Positions 28,681 through 38,681 are shown, numbered from the stretch's first letter. The stretch is DNA of 64,000 bases from Verrucomicrobiia bacterium (GCA_026125285.1 JAHCLO010000002.1:211115-275114); one strand, 5' to 3'. Translations and numbers: made by a program. Notes: generated by a model not told the origin, from the sequence alone.

Positions 28681-30059
28681 TCAAACATCTTCCCCGGATT
28701 CAAAATCCCGTTCGGGTCCATCGTGCGTCGCAACGCGCGCAATACCCGCATTTGCGCATCGCCGGCGAACTTGGGCAGAATCCCTTTCTTGGCCAGGCCA
28801 ATACCGTGCTCGCCGGTGATCGTGCCGCCGAGGCGAATGGCTTCGTCGAAGATTTCTTGGAACGCCTCTTCCACGCGGTGCATTTCCTCCTTGTTTCGTT
28901 CGTCGGTCAAGAACGTGGGGTGCAAATTGCCATCACCCATGTGACCGAACGTGCCGACCTTGAGGTTGTATTTCTTGCCGACGGTGTCCACGAAACGAAT
29001 CATCTTTGCCAACTCGCTGCGCGGCACGGTGGCATCTTCCAAAATGGTCGTAGGCGCCACGCGGGCCAGCGCGGAGAAAGCGCTGCGACGCGCGGTGGCC
29101 AGTTTGTTCGCTTCGACGTCATCCTTGGCGACGCGGACTTCCTTCGCGCCGTTCTGGCGAGCCAGTTCCTCCATCTTGGCGGCTTCTTCGGCGACCGCAG
29201 CCGGATGGCCGTCGGTCTCCATCAGCAGCAACGCTTCGCAATCGAGCGGCAGTCCGACCTTCGCAAAATCTTCGACACAACGGATCGTCGTACGGTCCAA
29301 GAACTCCAGCGTGCAAGGGATGATCTGCGCCGCGATAATGTCGGACACGGTTTGCGCGGCCTGATCCATTGCCGCGTAGGTGGCGACCATGGTCTTCTTG
29401 GCCTGCGGTTTGGGGATCAACCGCAACAGCACCTTGGTGATGACGCCGAGCGTTCCCTCCGAACCGATGAACAAGTCGCGCAGCGAATAGCCCGCCACGT
29501 CTTTCACGCACTTGTTGCCCATCCAGCAAATCTCGCCCTCGGGCAAAACGACTTCCAAGCCCATGACATAATTGCGCGTGATACCGTATTTCAAACCGCG
29601 CAAGCCGCCGGAGTTTTCCGCCACATTGCCGCCGATGGTCGAGATTTTCATCGAACCAGGATCCGGCGGATAAAACAGACCTGCCGCGCTCGCTGCATCG
29701 GAAATCGTCAAGGTGGTGACACCCGCCTCGACCAGCATCGTGAGATTGGCGCGATCCAACTCCAGCACCTTGTCCATCTTCACCAGACAAAGCACGAGGC
29801 CATCGTTAACCGGCAGGCTGCCCCCGCTCAAGCCGGTGCCCGAGCCCCGGGTGACGACGGGAAGCTTGTGCTGGTTGGCCAGTTTGAGGATGGCGGCGAC
29901 CTGTTCGGTGGTTCCGGCAAACGCCACCGCGCCCGGCATCTGTTGCAGCGCGGCCGTGCCGTCAAATGAGTAGGGAATGAGGTCTTCCTTGGTGGTGAGC
30001 ACATGATCCGCGCCGACGATTTCACGGAGTTTGGCGAGCGTGTCATTTCCCAGTGGCAT
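28677..30059 (-). CDS. glcD: FAD-linked oxidase, GlcD-like (glycolate / D-lactate oxidase subunit)
   Basis: Start set to ATG 30059 (MPLGNDTLAKLREIVG). FAD-binding PCMH motifs (VVTRGSGTGLSGGSLP) and a C-terminal GEHGIGLAK motif. Confidence 0.75.
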   Translation of the reverse strand: MPLGNDTLAKLREIVGADHVLTTKEDLIPYSFDGTAALQQMPGAVAFAGTTEQVAAILKLANQHKLPVVTRGSGTGLSGGSLPVNDGLVLCLVKMDKVLELDRANLTMLVEAGVTTLTISDAASAAGLFYPPDPGSMKISTIGGNVAENSGGLRGLKYGITRNYVMGLEVVLPEGEICWMGNKCVKDVAGYSLRDLFIGSEGTLGVITKVLLRLIPKPQAKKTMVATYAAMDQAAQTVSDIIAAQIIPCTLEFLDRTTIRCVEDFAKVGLPLDCEALLLMETDGHPAAVAEEAAKMEELARQNGAKEVRVAKDDVEANKLATARRSAFSALARVAPTTILEDATVPRSELAKMIRFVDTVGKKYNLKVGTFGHMGDGNLHPTFLTDERNKEEMHRVEEAFQEIFDEAIRLGGTITGEHGIGLAKKGILPKFAGDAQMRVLRALRRTMDPNGILNPGKMFE

Positions 30060-30155
30060 AAGCAATCCTGCGCGCAGGATGTTGCAGCCCGCCGAACCGG
30101 TCAAGGAAACTGAAACGCGAGCGATGCGCCCCGGAGCATCTCCCCATTTTGTAAT

Positions 30156-30305
30156 GGGGAGCGCACGCCCCCTCGCGTGCGGCGGTTGACGCCCTCGTCA
30201 ACCGGGACCCACGCGCGCCAGCGCGCGTGAGCGACTGGCGCGGTGGCGCGCCCGGGTGCGGCGGACGAGGCGTCCGCCGCCGCACCCGAGGCGCGTGCGC
30301 TCCCC
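30156..30305. repeat. ~150-bp GC-rich palindromic element, family C, copy 1
   Basis: Termini GGGGAGCGCACGC...GCGTGCGCTCCCC are inverted repeats. The interior is nearly identical to copy 2 (..GCGCGTGAG(C/A)GACTGGCGCGGTGGCGCGCCCGGGTGCGG..). Confidence 0.8.
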
Positions 30306-30407
30306 AAGAGTGTGAGTTGCAGCGTAGCGAAGGCTGGACGCAACCACATCCGCGCAACACCCCGCCGTCAGGCTGGCTTCCATACCGCGTTCGGCTAGGC
30401 TTGGCCC

Positions 30408-30890
30408 ATGACGAGTTCTGCGGAAACGAATGGCGGCGTGCTGGTGATCGGTTATGGCAACACGCTCCGTGGCGATGACGGCGTGGGGCCGCGCGTGGCG
30501 GAAGCGGTCGCAAGAATGCAGTTGCCGGCCGTGCGGACGTTGGTCTGCCAGCAACTGTCGCCAGAACACGCCGAACCCATTTCCCGCGCCGAAACCGTCA
30601 TCTTTGTGGATGCCGCCGTGGACACGCCCCACGAGGTCCAATTGCGCCCACTTCAGCCCGGAGATTCCACGCAACTCATGGCTCACGCCGCCGACCCGCG
30701 CACGATGCTCGCCCTCGCCCGCGACGTTTTCGGACATGCCCCGCAAGCGTGGTGGCTGACCATCCCGGCGAGGGAGCTTGGGTTCAGCGAGCATCTCTCA
30801 AAAACTGCGTTGCAGGGCCTGGAACGGGCCGTTGCACTCATCCGGGAAATCCTGCCCCGCCCCGATTCTGACGGCGGAGGGAATCGTTAG
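30408..30890 (+). CDS. hydrogenase maturation protease (HyaD/HybD family)
   Basis: VLVIGYGNTLRGDDGVGPRVAEAV N-terminal signature, 160 aa. No hydrogenase structural genes are in the window. Confidence 0.7.
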   Translation: MTSSAETNGGVLVIGYGNTLRGDDGVGPRVAEAVARMQLPAVRTLVCQQLSPEHAEPISRAETVIFVDAAVDTPHEVQLRPLQPGDSTQLMAHAADPRTMLALARDVFGHAPQAWWLTIPARELGFSEHLSKTALQGLERAVALIREILPRPDSDGGGNR

Positions 30891-30964
30891 CCAACGGTGA
30901 CGGGATTCCGGCGCTGCTTCAGGCGTGGGGCTGCTACTGCAACAAACAGATTGCGCAACATGGC

Positions 30965-31082
30965 AGGGCGCGTCACTCCGTGCGCACCGCCGCTGGTCTT
31001 ACCCAAACGCCGCGCAGGGGACTGACGCGCCCTACCTTCCACATTCCACACCCCGGCACACACGGAATGACGCGCCCTACCC
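30965..31082. repeat. family A repeat cluster (one GTCACTCCGTGCGC core, two GACGCGCCCTACC ends)
   Basis: AGGGCGCGTCACTCCGTGCGCACC ... ACTGACGCGCCCTACC ... AATGACGCGCCCTACC. Confidence 0.7.
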
Positions 31083-31355
31083 GCCCCGAGCGCATCGTTT
31101 CAAACTTCTCAGCCCACCAGCAGGCAGTTCGCTGGAACTGGCCGATGCCATTGGCTGGTGATCCCGGCTGAAAGTGCCGCCGCACACCGGGAGCCGACAA
31201 TGCACGCAACGAGAGCTTGCGTGGGCCAGGAACTGACTTAATGTTTTAGCAGGCCAGAAAAACCGAACATGGACGCCATCGGACTTGTCTCAACTCTTGC
31301 ATGGGGTGAATTCAGCGGGAACACGCGCTGTGGCGCCTGAACCAATCAACAGCCT

Positions 31356-31817
31356 ATGAAAAACAAATGGTTGCTCGTGGCGGATCTTGGTTCCTTCAAA
31401 GCCTATCGGGTGGAAGCCTCGCGCTTCACGCGCGGCCCGCGGCTGGAATTGATCGAAGCGTTCGACAACACGGACGCCCATGACCGGCTGACCGACCAGG
31501 TGACCGATCTGGCCGGACGCTTTCCCAAAGGCGGGGGGCCGAACGGCGCCAACGGCGCCATGTCGCATGGTGAACGCCATAACATCGAACTGGAGCAGCG
31601 CAAGCGGTTGACCCGCCGGCTGACGGAGCGGATCAACGCCTTGATGGCGCGCGAGGACTTCGAGTCGTGCTTTCTCGCCGTGAGCAAGGAAATCAACCAC
31701 CAGATTCTTGAAGGGCTGGACCTCCGGCACCGCGCCAAGATCGAGCAGAACCTCGCCGCCGATCTCACCAAGATAGACAAGTCCGAATTGCTGCGGCACT
31801 TCACGAAGCCAAGTTGA
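31356..31817 (+). CDS. host-attachment-protein-like (baeRF-type) small protein
   Basis: 153 aa, MKNKWLLVADLGSFKAYRV.. N-terminus and overall size/charge pattern resemble the Host_attach family. Recognised from memory only. Confidence 0.45.
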   Translation: MKNKWLLVADLGSFKAYRVEASRFTRGPRLELIEAFDNTDAHDRLTDQVTDLAGRFPKGGGPNGANGAMSHGERHNIELEQRKRLTRRLTERINALMAREDFESCFLAVSKEINHQILEGLDLRHRAKIEQNLAADLTKIDKSELLRHFTKPS

Positions 31818-31884
31818 CGCACACCGATCTGGCAACTGTTCTGAGGCGCGAGGGTGACTGCAAGGGTTGTGAACGACTTCGGCT

Positions 31885-32032
31885 GGGGAGCGCACGCGCC
31901 CCCGCGTGCGCCCGGGTGCGCCTCGCAACCGGGACCAACGTGCGCCAGCGCGCGTGAGAGACTGGCGCGGTGGCGCGCCCGGGTGCGGTGGACGAGGCGT
32001 CCGCCACCGCACGCGCGGCGCGTGCGCTCCCC
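31885..32032. repeat. ~150-bp palindromic element, family C, copy 2 (flanked by 21-bp direct repeats 31842..31862 / 32061..32081)
   Basis: Same termini and interior as copy 1. TGAGGCGCGAGGGTGA(C/T)TGCA occurs on both sides. Confidence 0.8.
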
Positions 32033-32111
32033 ACTCCAGAAAGTGAGCTGTGCCCTGCTTTGAGGCGCGAGGGTGATTGCATTTGTTGCGCCCAGAGATA
32101 ATCTCCCGCGC

Positions 32112-33146
32112 ATGACATCCAAGCCAGAGAAGCCAGCGGTGGACCCCGAGTTGCGCCGCCGCGTGCAGGAGTTGATCGCCTTCAAAGGGGGTGGTTACAA
32201 CGAGGACGCCGTCACCGATATCATCGAGAACGCCCTCAAACTGCTCACCGACGTGAAGGACACTGGCGACGTGCGGGTCATCCAGACCGCCGTGCGCGAA
32301 CTGCGCTACGCCTACCGGCTGTTTGCCCCATATTCCCGAACGCGCAAAGTCACGATGTTCGGCTCCGCGCGCACCGCCCCGAGCAAGCAGGAATACCAGC
32401 ACGCCCTGGATTTCGGCCGGAAGATGGCGGCGGCCGGCTTCATGGTCATTACCGGCGCCGGACCGGGCATCATGCAGGCGGGGCACGAAGGGGCCGGGCC
32501 GGAAAGAAGCTTCGGCGTCAACATCCGCCTGCCCTGGGAACAGGCCGCCAACCCGGTCATCCGCGAGGACAAGAAGCTCGTCACCTTCAAATACTTCTTC
32601 ACCCGGAAGCTGATCTTCATCCGCCACTCGGATGCCATCGCGCTGTTCCCCGGCGGGTTCGGCACGATGGATGAGGGGTACGAGGCGCTCACGCTCATGC
32701 AAACGGGCAAGAGCCAGCTCATGCCCCTGGTACTGATTGACCGGCCGGGCGGCACGTATTGGAAGACCTGGGACAAACACGTGCGCGAACATCTGTTGCG
32801 CGATCAGTTGATTTCCCCGGACGACCTGAACCTCTATCGCATCACGGATGACACGGATGAAGCGGTCAAGCTCATCACCCGTTTCTACCGCAATTTTCAA
32901 TCAAGCCGCTTTGTGAAAGACCTGTTTGTCATCCGGCTCAAACACGCGCCCACCGATAGCGCGCTGGAAGCGATGAACGAGGACTTTGCCGACATCATCG
33001 TGGGCCCGCCCATCCGGCGGATTGAAGCCACGCCGGAGGAGCAGGAAGATACCGACCATTTGGAGTTGCCGCGCATCGCCTTCGGGTTCAACCGTCGGGA
33101 TTACGGCCGCCTGCGGCAGTTGGTGGATGTCCTGAACGGCCTCTGA
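32112..33146 (+). CDS. LOG-family (TIGR00730 Rossmann-fold nucleotide-binding / nucleotide 5'-monophosphate nucleosidase-like) protein
   Basis: Start set to ATG 32112. Motifs VTMFGSAR, VITGAGPGIMQAGHEGA and PGGFGTMDEGYEALTLMQTGK. Confidence 0.8.
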   Translation: MTSKPEKPAVDPELRRRVQELIAFKGGGYNEDAVTDIIENALKLLTDVKDTGDVRVIQTAVRELRYAYRLFAPYSRTRKVTMFGSARTAPSKQEYQHALDFGRKMAAAGFMVITGAGPGIMQAGHEGAGPERSFGVNIRLPWEQAANPVIREDKKLVTFKYFFTRKLIFIRHSDAIALFPGGFGTMDEGYEALTLMQTGKSQLMPLVLIDRPGGTYWKTWDKHVREHLLRDQLISPDDLNLYRITDDTDEAVKLITRFYRNFQSSRFVKDLFVIRLKHAPTDSALEAMNEDFADIIVGPPIRRIEATPEEQEDTDHLELPRIAFGFNRRDYGRLRQLVDVLNGL

Positions 33147-33158
33147 CTCGATTACGCT
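33113..33158 (+). repeat. 46-bp direct repeat, left copy (last 10 codons + stop of the LOG gene + 12 nt)
   Basis: GCGGCAGTTGGTGGATGTCCTGAACGGCCTCTGACTCGATTACGCT. 44/46 identical to 49451..49496. Confidence 0.9.
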
Positions 33159-33295
33159 GGGCGGCTTGGACCGAGAGAACCCGCCCTTGAGTACACAGCC
33201 GTCTCTGTTAGGACGCGCTCCCGCAACGTGTTGATCTGAACTGGTCCAGTAAGAACTGAGGCTTGGACTGTTTTTGACCCACCCACTGTGTTTGA

Positions 33296-36004
33296 ATGGC
33301 ACCCGGAATGACACAAACCCACGGGGAGTTTTGGGCGAAGACGACACCGGACGGCCAGCCGGGGATTTCGGTCCGCGACCATTGCCTGAACGTGGGCTGC
33401 GTGGTGGAGGCACTGGTTGCGCTGCTGTCACCGGCCGTTCAAGCCTTGCTTACTCCCGGCGCGGTAACACTGGCGGCGTTGCATGACGTCGGCAAGATCA
33501 CCATTGGCTTCCAAGCCAAGTGTCCTCCTTGGCTCGCACGACCGGATACGCCCAAAGTTTCTCGCGGCGAAATCACTCTGACCGTCTCCGATCATGCACT
33601 CGTAAGTCAGGTCTTTCTGCAACGACATCTTCCCCTGGTCGCACGACTTTGGGCCGTGGCCGTCGGGGCGCATCATGGCCGGCCGAAAGGCAGGAACAGG
33701 CAAACCGGCCTGGAAGCCTGCGCTGAATGGGCCGAAACACATCGCCGACAACTGGCCGAAGAACTCGCCGCGCTGTTCGGCGCGTTGCCAGTTACTTCAC
33801 CAGACACCCGGCTCGCTCCGCATCATTCCGACCTCTGGTTGCTGGCGGGCCTCATCACCGTCGCCGACTGGATTGGTTCGAATGAAACTTGGTTCGCGCC
33901 AGATCACGGCCTCCCGCTTGAGGCGGCGCGACAACAAGCCCGAACCGCGCTCGCCCAAATCGGCTGGCCGGGCGGCAAACTCAAAGCCACCGACTTCGCC
34001 GCCGCCTTCGCCACAGGCCGATCCACCGGCTTCACGCCGAATCCCGTCCAGGAAGCAGTTGCCAACGCCGCGGTGCAGACTCCCGGCATCGTCATCGTCG
34101 AAGGCCCGATGGGCTGCGGCAAGACCGAGGCCGCCTTGTTCGCCGCGCAGCAACTCATCGCGTCCGGTGCGAACCACGGCATTTACTTCGCCTTGCCCAC
34201 GCAAGTAACCAGCAACCGCATTCACCAACGCATCGGCACGTTCCTCCGCAACACCCTCGCGGATGAAGCTCCGCTCCGCCTCGCCCACGGCAACGCCTGG
34301 CTGGAGGATGATTTCGATCTGCGACTGCGCCCGGCGTTCACCAAAGTGGACCTCGGAAAGGAAGACGACCCGCGCGAAAGCACCCGCGAGGCCCGCTCCT
34401 GGTTCGCTTCCGCCAAGCAGGCGCTGCTCGCCACTTACGGCGTGGGCACGATTGATCAAGCACTGCAAGGCGTCGTGGCCGTGAAACATTTCTTCGTCCG
34501 CCGCTTCGCCCTCGCCGGGAAGGTCGTCATTCTCGACGAAGTTCACTCCTACGACATCTACACCGGCACGTTGGTCGCAGCGCTGGTCCGCGAACTGATG
34601 AACCTCCGCTGCTCTGTCATCATCCTCAGCGCCACGCTCACCGCCGAACGGCGCAAGGAATTGCTCAAGGAAGCCGGGATAACCGAAACCGAGTCACCGC
34701 CAGCCTACCCGCTCGTCACCGCCGGCATGAATGGCGAATGCCGCCATATTGCGCCCGAATGGAAGCCCCGCCCGCCCATCTCACTCCGTGCGGCGGTCAT
34801 TTCTGAGGCCGAAACCCTCGCCGAACTCATCCGCCGCGCCGAAGCCGGCCAGCATGTCCTCTGGATTCGCAACACGGTGGTCGAGGCGCAACCTTCGTTT
34901 CGCGAGGTCTGCAATGCAGTTCGCGAAGGCACGGTTCGCGTCGGCCTGCTGCACAGCCGTTTCCCCTTCCACCGGCGGGCCGAACTTGAAGACGAATGGC
35001 TGGAACTCCTCGGCAAGAATCGTCCTGCCGACGGCTCGGGCACAATTCTCATCGCCACCCAGGTCGTGGAACAGAGCGTGGACATTGACCTGGATTTCAT
35101 CGTTTCCGATCTCGCGCCCACGGACATGTTGCTTCAGCGGCTCGGACGGCTCTGGCGGCATGAACGCCCACACCGCGCCGCCGTCGAGCCTGAATTCTGG
35201 GTGCGCCTGCCGGAACTACCCGCGGATGCTGATGCCGCCGCGCTCAAAAAATCACTCGGCCGCAGCGCCCGTGTCTATGCGCCCTACGTCCTCCTGCGCA
35301 CGATGGCCGTCTGGCGACAACTCCCTGTAGCAGCCGACGTGAGTCGGCTCAAATCATCGGAAAGTCAGAGCGGACTCACGTCCGCTGCTACAAGCCTGGA
35401 AAACGAGCGCCGCTCTCACATCAACCTGCCTGCCGACATCCGCCCGCTGCTCGAAGCCACCTACGCTGAACCGGACGAAAACGAACCGGCAGCGTGGCGC
35501 GAACTGCACGAGGAATTGGAGAAGGAGAATCGAAAATTTGTGTTGAGCGCCGACTCCGTCATCCGAGTGCTGGGCACTCCATCGCGTGACGACAAGAAGG
35601 AGGGATTCCTCACCCGCCGCGAAGGCGCACCCACCACGCCGGTCGTGTTGCTCCGTTCCATCACCGGCGGACTCAACGGCCTCACGGTTCTCGTCGCGCT
35701 CGACGGCTCGCGCATTGAAATCAGCGAACACGAATGGCGACGCTCCCACGCCCGATTCCTGCACCAGTGGCTCGTCCGCGCCCCGCGCTGGATGATTCCC
35801 AAGAACGCCCCGCGCCCGCGCTGGCTCGATCTCCACGGCACGTCCGATGCCGTGGTCGCCGTAGTGCGCGACGATGGCCGTTGTCTGTTCGGCGATGAAG
35901 TTTCCGATATGCAATACGACCCGCGCGTCGGCATTTTTGCCGAACGCGCTCCCCAACCCACCCCGCAAACCTGGAAGGATGACGACGATGAATTTGACTC
36001 TTGA
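33296..36004 (+). CDS. cas3: CRISPR-associated helicase/nuclease Cas3 (HD + SF2 helicase), type I-E
   Basis: N-terminal HD region (..LAALHDVGKITIGFQAK.., GAHHGRP). Helicase motifs (EGPMGCGKTEAAL, VILDEVHSYD, ILSATL, IATQVVEQSVDIDLD). First gene of the cas operon. Confidence 0.9.
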   Translation: MAPGMTQTHGEFWAKTTPDGQPGISVRDHCLNVGCVVEALVALLSPAVQALLTPGAVTLAALHDVGKITIGFQAKCPPWLARPDTPKVSRGEITLTVSDHALVSQVFLQRHLPLVARLWAVAVGAHHGRPKGRNRQTGLEACAEWAETHRRQLAEELAALFGALPVTSPDTRLAPHHSDLWLLAGLITVADWIGSNETWFAPDHGLPLEAARQQARTALAQIGWPGGKLKATDFAAAFATGRSTGFTPNPVQEAVANAAVQTPGIVIVEGPMGCGKTEAALFAAQQLIASGANHGIYFALPTQVTSNRIHQRIGTFLRNTLADEAPLRLAHGNAWLEDDFDLRLRPAFTKVDLGKEDDPRESTREARSWFASAKQALLATYGVGTIDQALQGVVAVKHFFVRRFALAGKVVILDEVHSYDIYTGTLVAALVRELMNLRCSVIILSATLTAERRKELLKEAGITETESPPAYPLVTAGMNGECRHIAPEWKPRPPISLRAAVISEAETLAELIRRAEAGQHVLWIRNTVVEAQPSFREVCNAVREGTVRVGLLHSRFPFHRRAELEDEWLELLGKNRPADGSGTILIATQVVEQSVDIDLDFIVSDLAPTDMLLQRLGRLWRHERPHRAAVEPEFWVRLPELPADADAAALKKSLGRSARVYAPYVLLRTMAVWRQLPVAADVSRLKSSESQSGLTSAATSLENERRSHINLPADIRPLLEATYAEPDENEPAAWRELHEELEKENRKFVLSADSVIRVLGTPSRDDKKEGFLTRREGAPTTPVVLLRSITGGLNGLTVLVALDGSRIEISEHEWRRSHARFLHQWLVRAPRWMIPKNAPRPRWLDLHGTSDAVVAVVRDDGRCLFGDEVSDMQYDPRVGIFAERAPQPTPQTWKDDDDEFDS
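35326..35392. repeat. 67-bp palindromic hairpin element inside the cas3 coding sequence (read through in frame)
   Basis: TGTAGCAGCCGACGTGAGTCGGCTC (35326..35350) vs GAGCGGACTCACGTCCGCTGCTACA (35368..35392). Each arm also forms its own 6-bp hairpin (GCCGAC-GTGA-GTCGGC, GCGGAC-TCAC-GTCCGC). It encodes ..VAADVSRLKSSESQSGLTSAATS.. Confidence 0.75.
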
Positions 36005-37460
36005 ACCCTGGATTCCTGCGCTCCGCGCCGATGGCCGCCGCGACCTGTTCAGCCTGCAGGATCTTTTCGCCCAGGCCCACGAATTGCGCGACCTTGCCGT
36101 CAAGCCGCACGAACGCGTCGCCCTCATGCGCCTGCTGCTCTGCATCACCCAGGCCGCCCTGGATGGCCCGGCGGACGAGGCCGAATGGGAAACCTGCCAG
36201 CCACTCATCCAGCCGCGCGTCCGCGACTACCTGACCAAGTGGAAATCCGCGTTTGAGTTGTTCGGAGACGGACAGCGGTTTCTCCAAGTTCCAAATCTCA
36301 AGCCCGGCAAAGAATCCGATGAAGGTAACGCCATCACCAAGCTCGATCTCGCCCTGGCCACCGGCAACAACTCCACTCTGTTCGACAATTTTGCTGGTGA
36401 AGAACGGGCGCTCCACGCCGCCCGGACGGCCATCAGCCTGCTCACCTTCCAATGCTTTTCCCCCGGCGGACGCATCGGTGTGGCGAAGTGGAATGGCAAG
36501 GACACTGCCGGCAAGGGCTCAAGCAACCACGCCCCCTGCACCCCCTCCAGCATGGTTCACACATTCATCCTCGGAGAGAACTTACTGGCCACCATACATC
36601 GCAATTTGCTCACCAAGGAAAGCGCCATGTATGACTACGGCGCGGATCGTTGGGGCAAGCCCGTCTGGGAAATGCCCTGCGATCACGACGGCGATAAAGC
36701 CGCGCAAACCAACGCCACCCAGACCTATCTGGGCCGGCTCGTTCCGTTGAGCCGGACCATTCACCTGCACGAAGGCGCACGCGCGCTGATCCTCGCCAAC
36801 GGTCTCGACTATCCGATCTATCCCGCCTTCCGCGAAGCCACGGCCACCATCATCAATCGCAAGGACGAGCTTGCGGTTCTTCCCGCCTCCACTGCGCGCA
36901 GTTTGTGGCGACAATTGTCCGCCATCTCGGTCCAGCGTCGTGCGGGAGCGGACGCCGCCTGTGGCCCGCTTGCGTTGAATCACATTTCCGAAAACAACGA
37001 CACCACGCTGTGGGTTGGGGCGTTGGTCACCGACAAGGCCAAGATTGAGGATGTCGTCGAGTCCGCCTACGCGCTGCCGCCCGGCATGTTCACTGAGTTG
37101 GGTCGCGCCGCTTATGAACACGGGGTGGCCCACGCGGAGGAACGCGAAGGTGTGTTGATTCAGGCCGTCAAGGCCTACGCCGTTTCGCTCAAGATCGGCA
37201 ATCCCGCTTACGCCCGCGCCCGGCAACAGTTTTGGACGCGCGTTGAGCAGCACCTGACCGCTCTTTTCGACCTCGCCCGCAATCCTGATCTCGTCGCCAA
37301 CCTTGCGAACAGCGATTGGGGCAGAGCCGTCGCAGACGCGGCACGCGCGGCTTACGAACAATCCTGTCCGCGCCAGACGCCCCGCCAGATCGAAGCCTAC
37401 GCCCTCGGCCTGCGCAAACTCACCTATCGCCCGAAAGCAAACTCCGAAACCAAAGCCTGA
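35988..37460 (+). CDS. cas8e: Cascade large subunit Cas8e (Cse1/CasA)
   Basis: Start at ATG 35988 (MNLTLEPWIPALRADG.., the typical Cse1 N-terminus), overlapping the cas3 stop. ~490 aa. Positioned between cas3 and cse2. Confidence 0.85.
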   Translation: MNLTLEPWIPALRADGRRDLFSLQDLFAQAHELRDLAVKPHERVALMRLLLCITQAALDGPADEAEWETCQPLIQPRVRDYLTKWKSAFELFGDGQRFLQVPNLKPGKESDEGNAITKLDLALATGNNSTLFDNFAGEERALHAARTAISLLTFQCFSPGGRIGVAKWNGKDTAGKGSSNHAPCTPSSMVHTFILGENLLATIHRNLLTKESAMYDYGADRWGKPVWEMPCDHDGDKAAQTNATQTYLGRLVPLSRTIHLHEGARALILANGLDYPIYPAFREATATIINRKDELAVLPASTARSLWRQLSAISVQRRAGADAACGPLALNHISENNDTTLWVGALVTDKAKIEDVVESAYALPPGMFTELGRAAYEHGVAHAEEREGVLIQAVKAYAVSLKIGNPAYARARQQFWTRVEQHLTALFDLARNPDLVANLANSDWGRAVADAARAAYEQSCPRQTPRQIEAYALGLRKLTYRPKANSETKA

Positions 37461-37464
37461 GCTT

Positions 37465-38016
37465 ATGAGTGAAACCAAACGAACCCCGAAAGAGCGCGCC
37501 GCCGATTTCGTTGGCGCGTTGCGCCGCGCCGGCAACGACCGCGGCAAACTCGCCGCCCTCCGGCGCGGCCTCACCGACAACCCGCGTCTGCACGTGGACG
37601 CCTGGCCCGTCATCGCCAGCCTCGGCGGCGACATCGGCCAGTCCGCCTACGTGGCCATTGCCGCGCTGTTCGCCACGCATCCCAAAGATGACCCCAACTC
37701 GCGCAACTTCGGCGAGACCTGCCGCCGCATCGCGCAAGGCGACGGCAAGGACATCGCCGAAAGTTTCGAGCGCCGTTTCCGCCGCCTGCTCGCCTGCGAC
37801 AGCGTGGATGACGTCATCGGCCAGCTTCGTTCGTGGGTGCGCCTCGCCGCCAGCAAAGGCGTGGGTGTGAATTACGAAAACCTGTTCGCCGACCTCTGGA
37901 ACTGGCCGTGGTATGCGGACGACATCCGCGTGAAATGGGCCAAGTCCTTCTGGCAATCCGGCGAAGCCGCTTCCCCCGAAACTCCGCAAACCGCCAACCA
38001 ACCCGCCCTCACATGA
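37465..38016 (+). CDS. cse2: Cascade small subunit Cse2 (CasB/Cas11e)
   Basis: ATG 37465, 4 nt after the cas8e stop. 183-aa helical basic protein (..RGKLAALRRGL.., ..YENLFADLWNW..). Confidence 0.8.
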   Translation: MSETKRTPKERAADFVGALRRAGNDRGKLAALRRGLTDNPRLHVDAWPVIASLGGDIGQSAYVAIAALFATHPKDDPNSRNFGETCRRIAQGDGKDIAESFERRFRRLLACDSVDDVIGQLRSWVRLAASKGVGVNYENLFADLWNWPWYADDIRVKWAKSFWQSGEAASPETPQTANQPALT

Positions 38017-38681
38017 GCACTGCCATCCTTGAATCCCCCGTCGCCACGGCCACGCTGCATCTCACGCAGATTCTCGTTCCCTACGAGGACGCCGTCCGCC
38101 TCCATCGCATCCGCGACACCTACGACTGGCATCAACGCGTCTGGCAGGCGTTCGGCGGACGCGACGGTGCGCCGCGCGATTTTCTGATTCGCGTGGACCG
38201 CAAGGAGGAAGCTTATCGCGTCCTGATTCTTTCGCGCTCCGTGCCCGCCAAGCCCGATTGGTGTCCCACCGATTGCTTCGGCACGAAGGAAATCCCGGAC
38301 AGTTTCTTCGCCCATCCGCGCTACCGGTTCAGCCTGCTGGCCAATCCCACGAAGAAGCTCCGCGTGGACAACGCCGATGGCAGCCGCAAGAAGAATGGCC
38401 GTCGTGTGCCGCTGACGCAGCGCGAGGAACTGGTCGCCTGGCTGCAACGCAAAGCTGAAGCCTGCGGTTTCCGCATCAACGCCGATTCGCTCCGCACCAT
38501 CCCGCGTGGCCGGGAATTCTTCCACAAGGATGGCCGCTCGCACGGCACGCACACCGCCGTCGAGTTCCAGGGCGAACTCACCGTCACCGATTCCAAACAA
38601 TTTCGCGTCACTGTCGCCACCGGCATCGGCTCGGCCAAGGCCTTTGGCTTCGGCCTGCTCGTGCTCGCGCCTGTTTCCTGA
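38013..38681 (+). CDS. cas6e: crRNA endoribonuclease Cas6e (CasE/Cse3)
   Basis: ATG 38013 overlaps the cse2 stop (ATGA). C-terminal glycine-rich loop GIGSAKAFGFGLLVLAP. Contains ..FSLLANPTKK.. Confidence 0.8.
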   Translation: MSTAILESPVATATLHLTQILVPYEDAVRLHRIRDTYDWHQRVWQAFGGRDGAPRDFLIRVDRKEEAYRVLILSRSVPAKPDWCPTDCFGTKEIPDSFFAHPRYRFSLLANPTKKLRVDNADGSRKKNGRRVPLTQREELVAWLQRKAEACGFRINADSLRTIPRGREFFHKDGRSHGTHTAVEFQGELTVTDSKQFRVTVATGIGSAKAFGFGLLVLAPVS

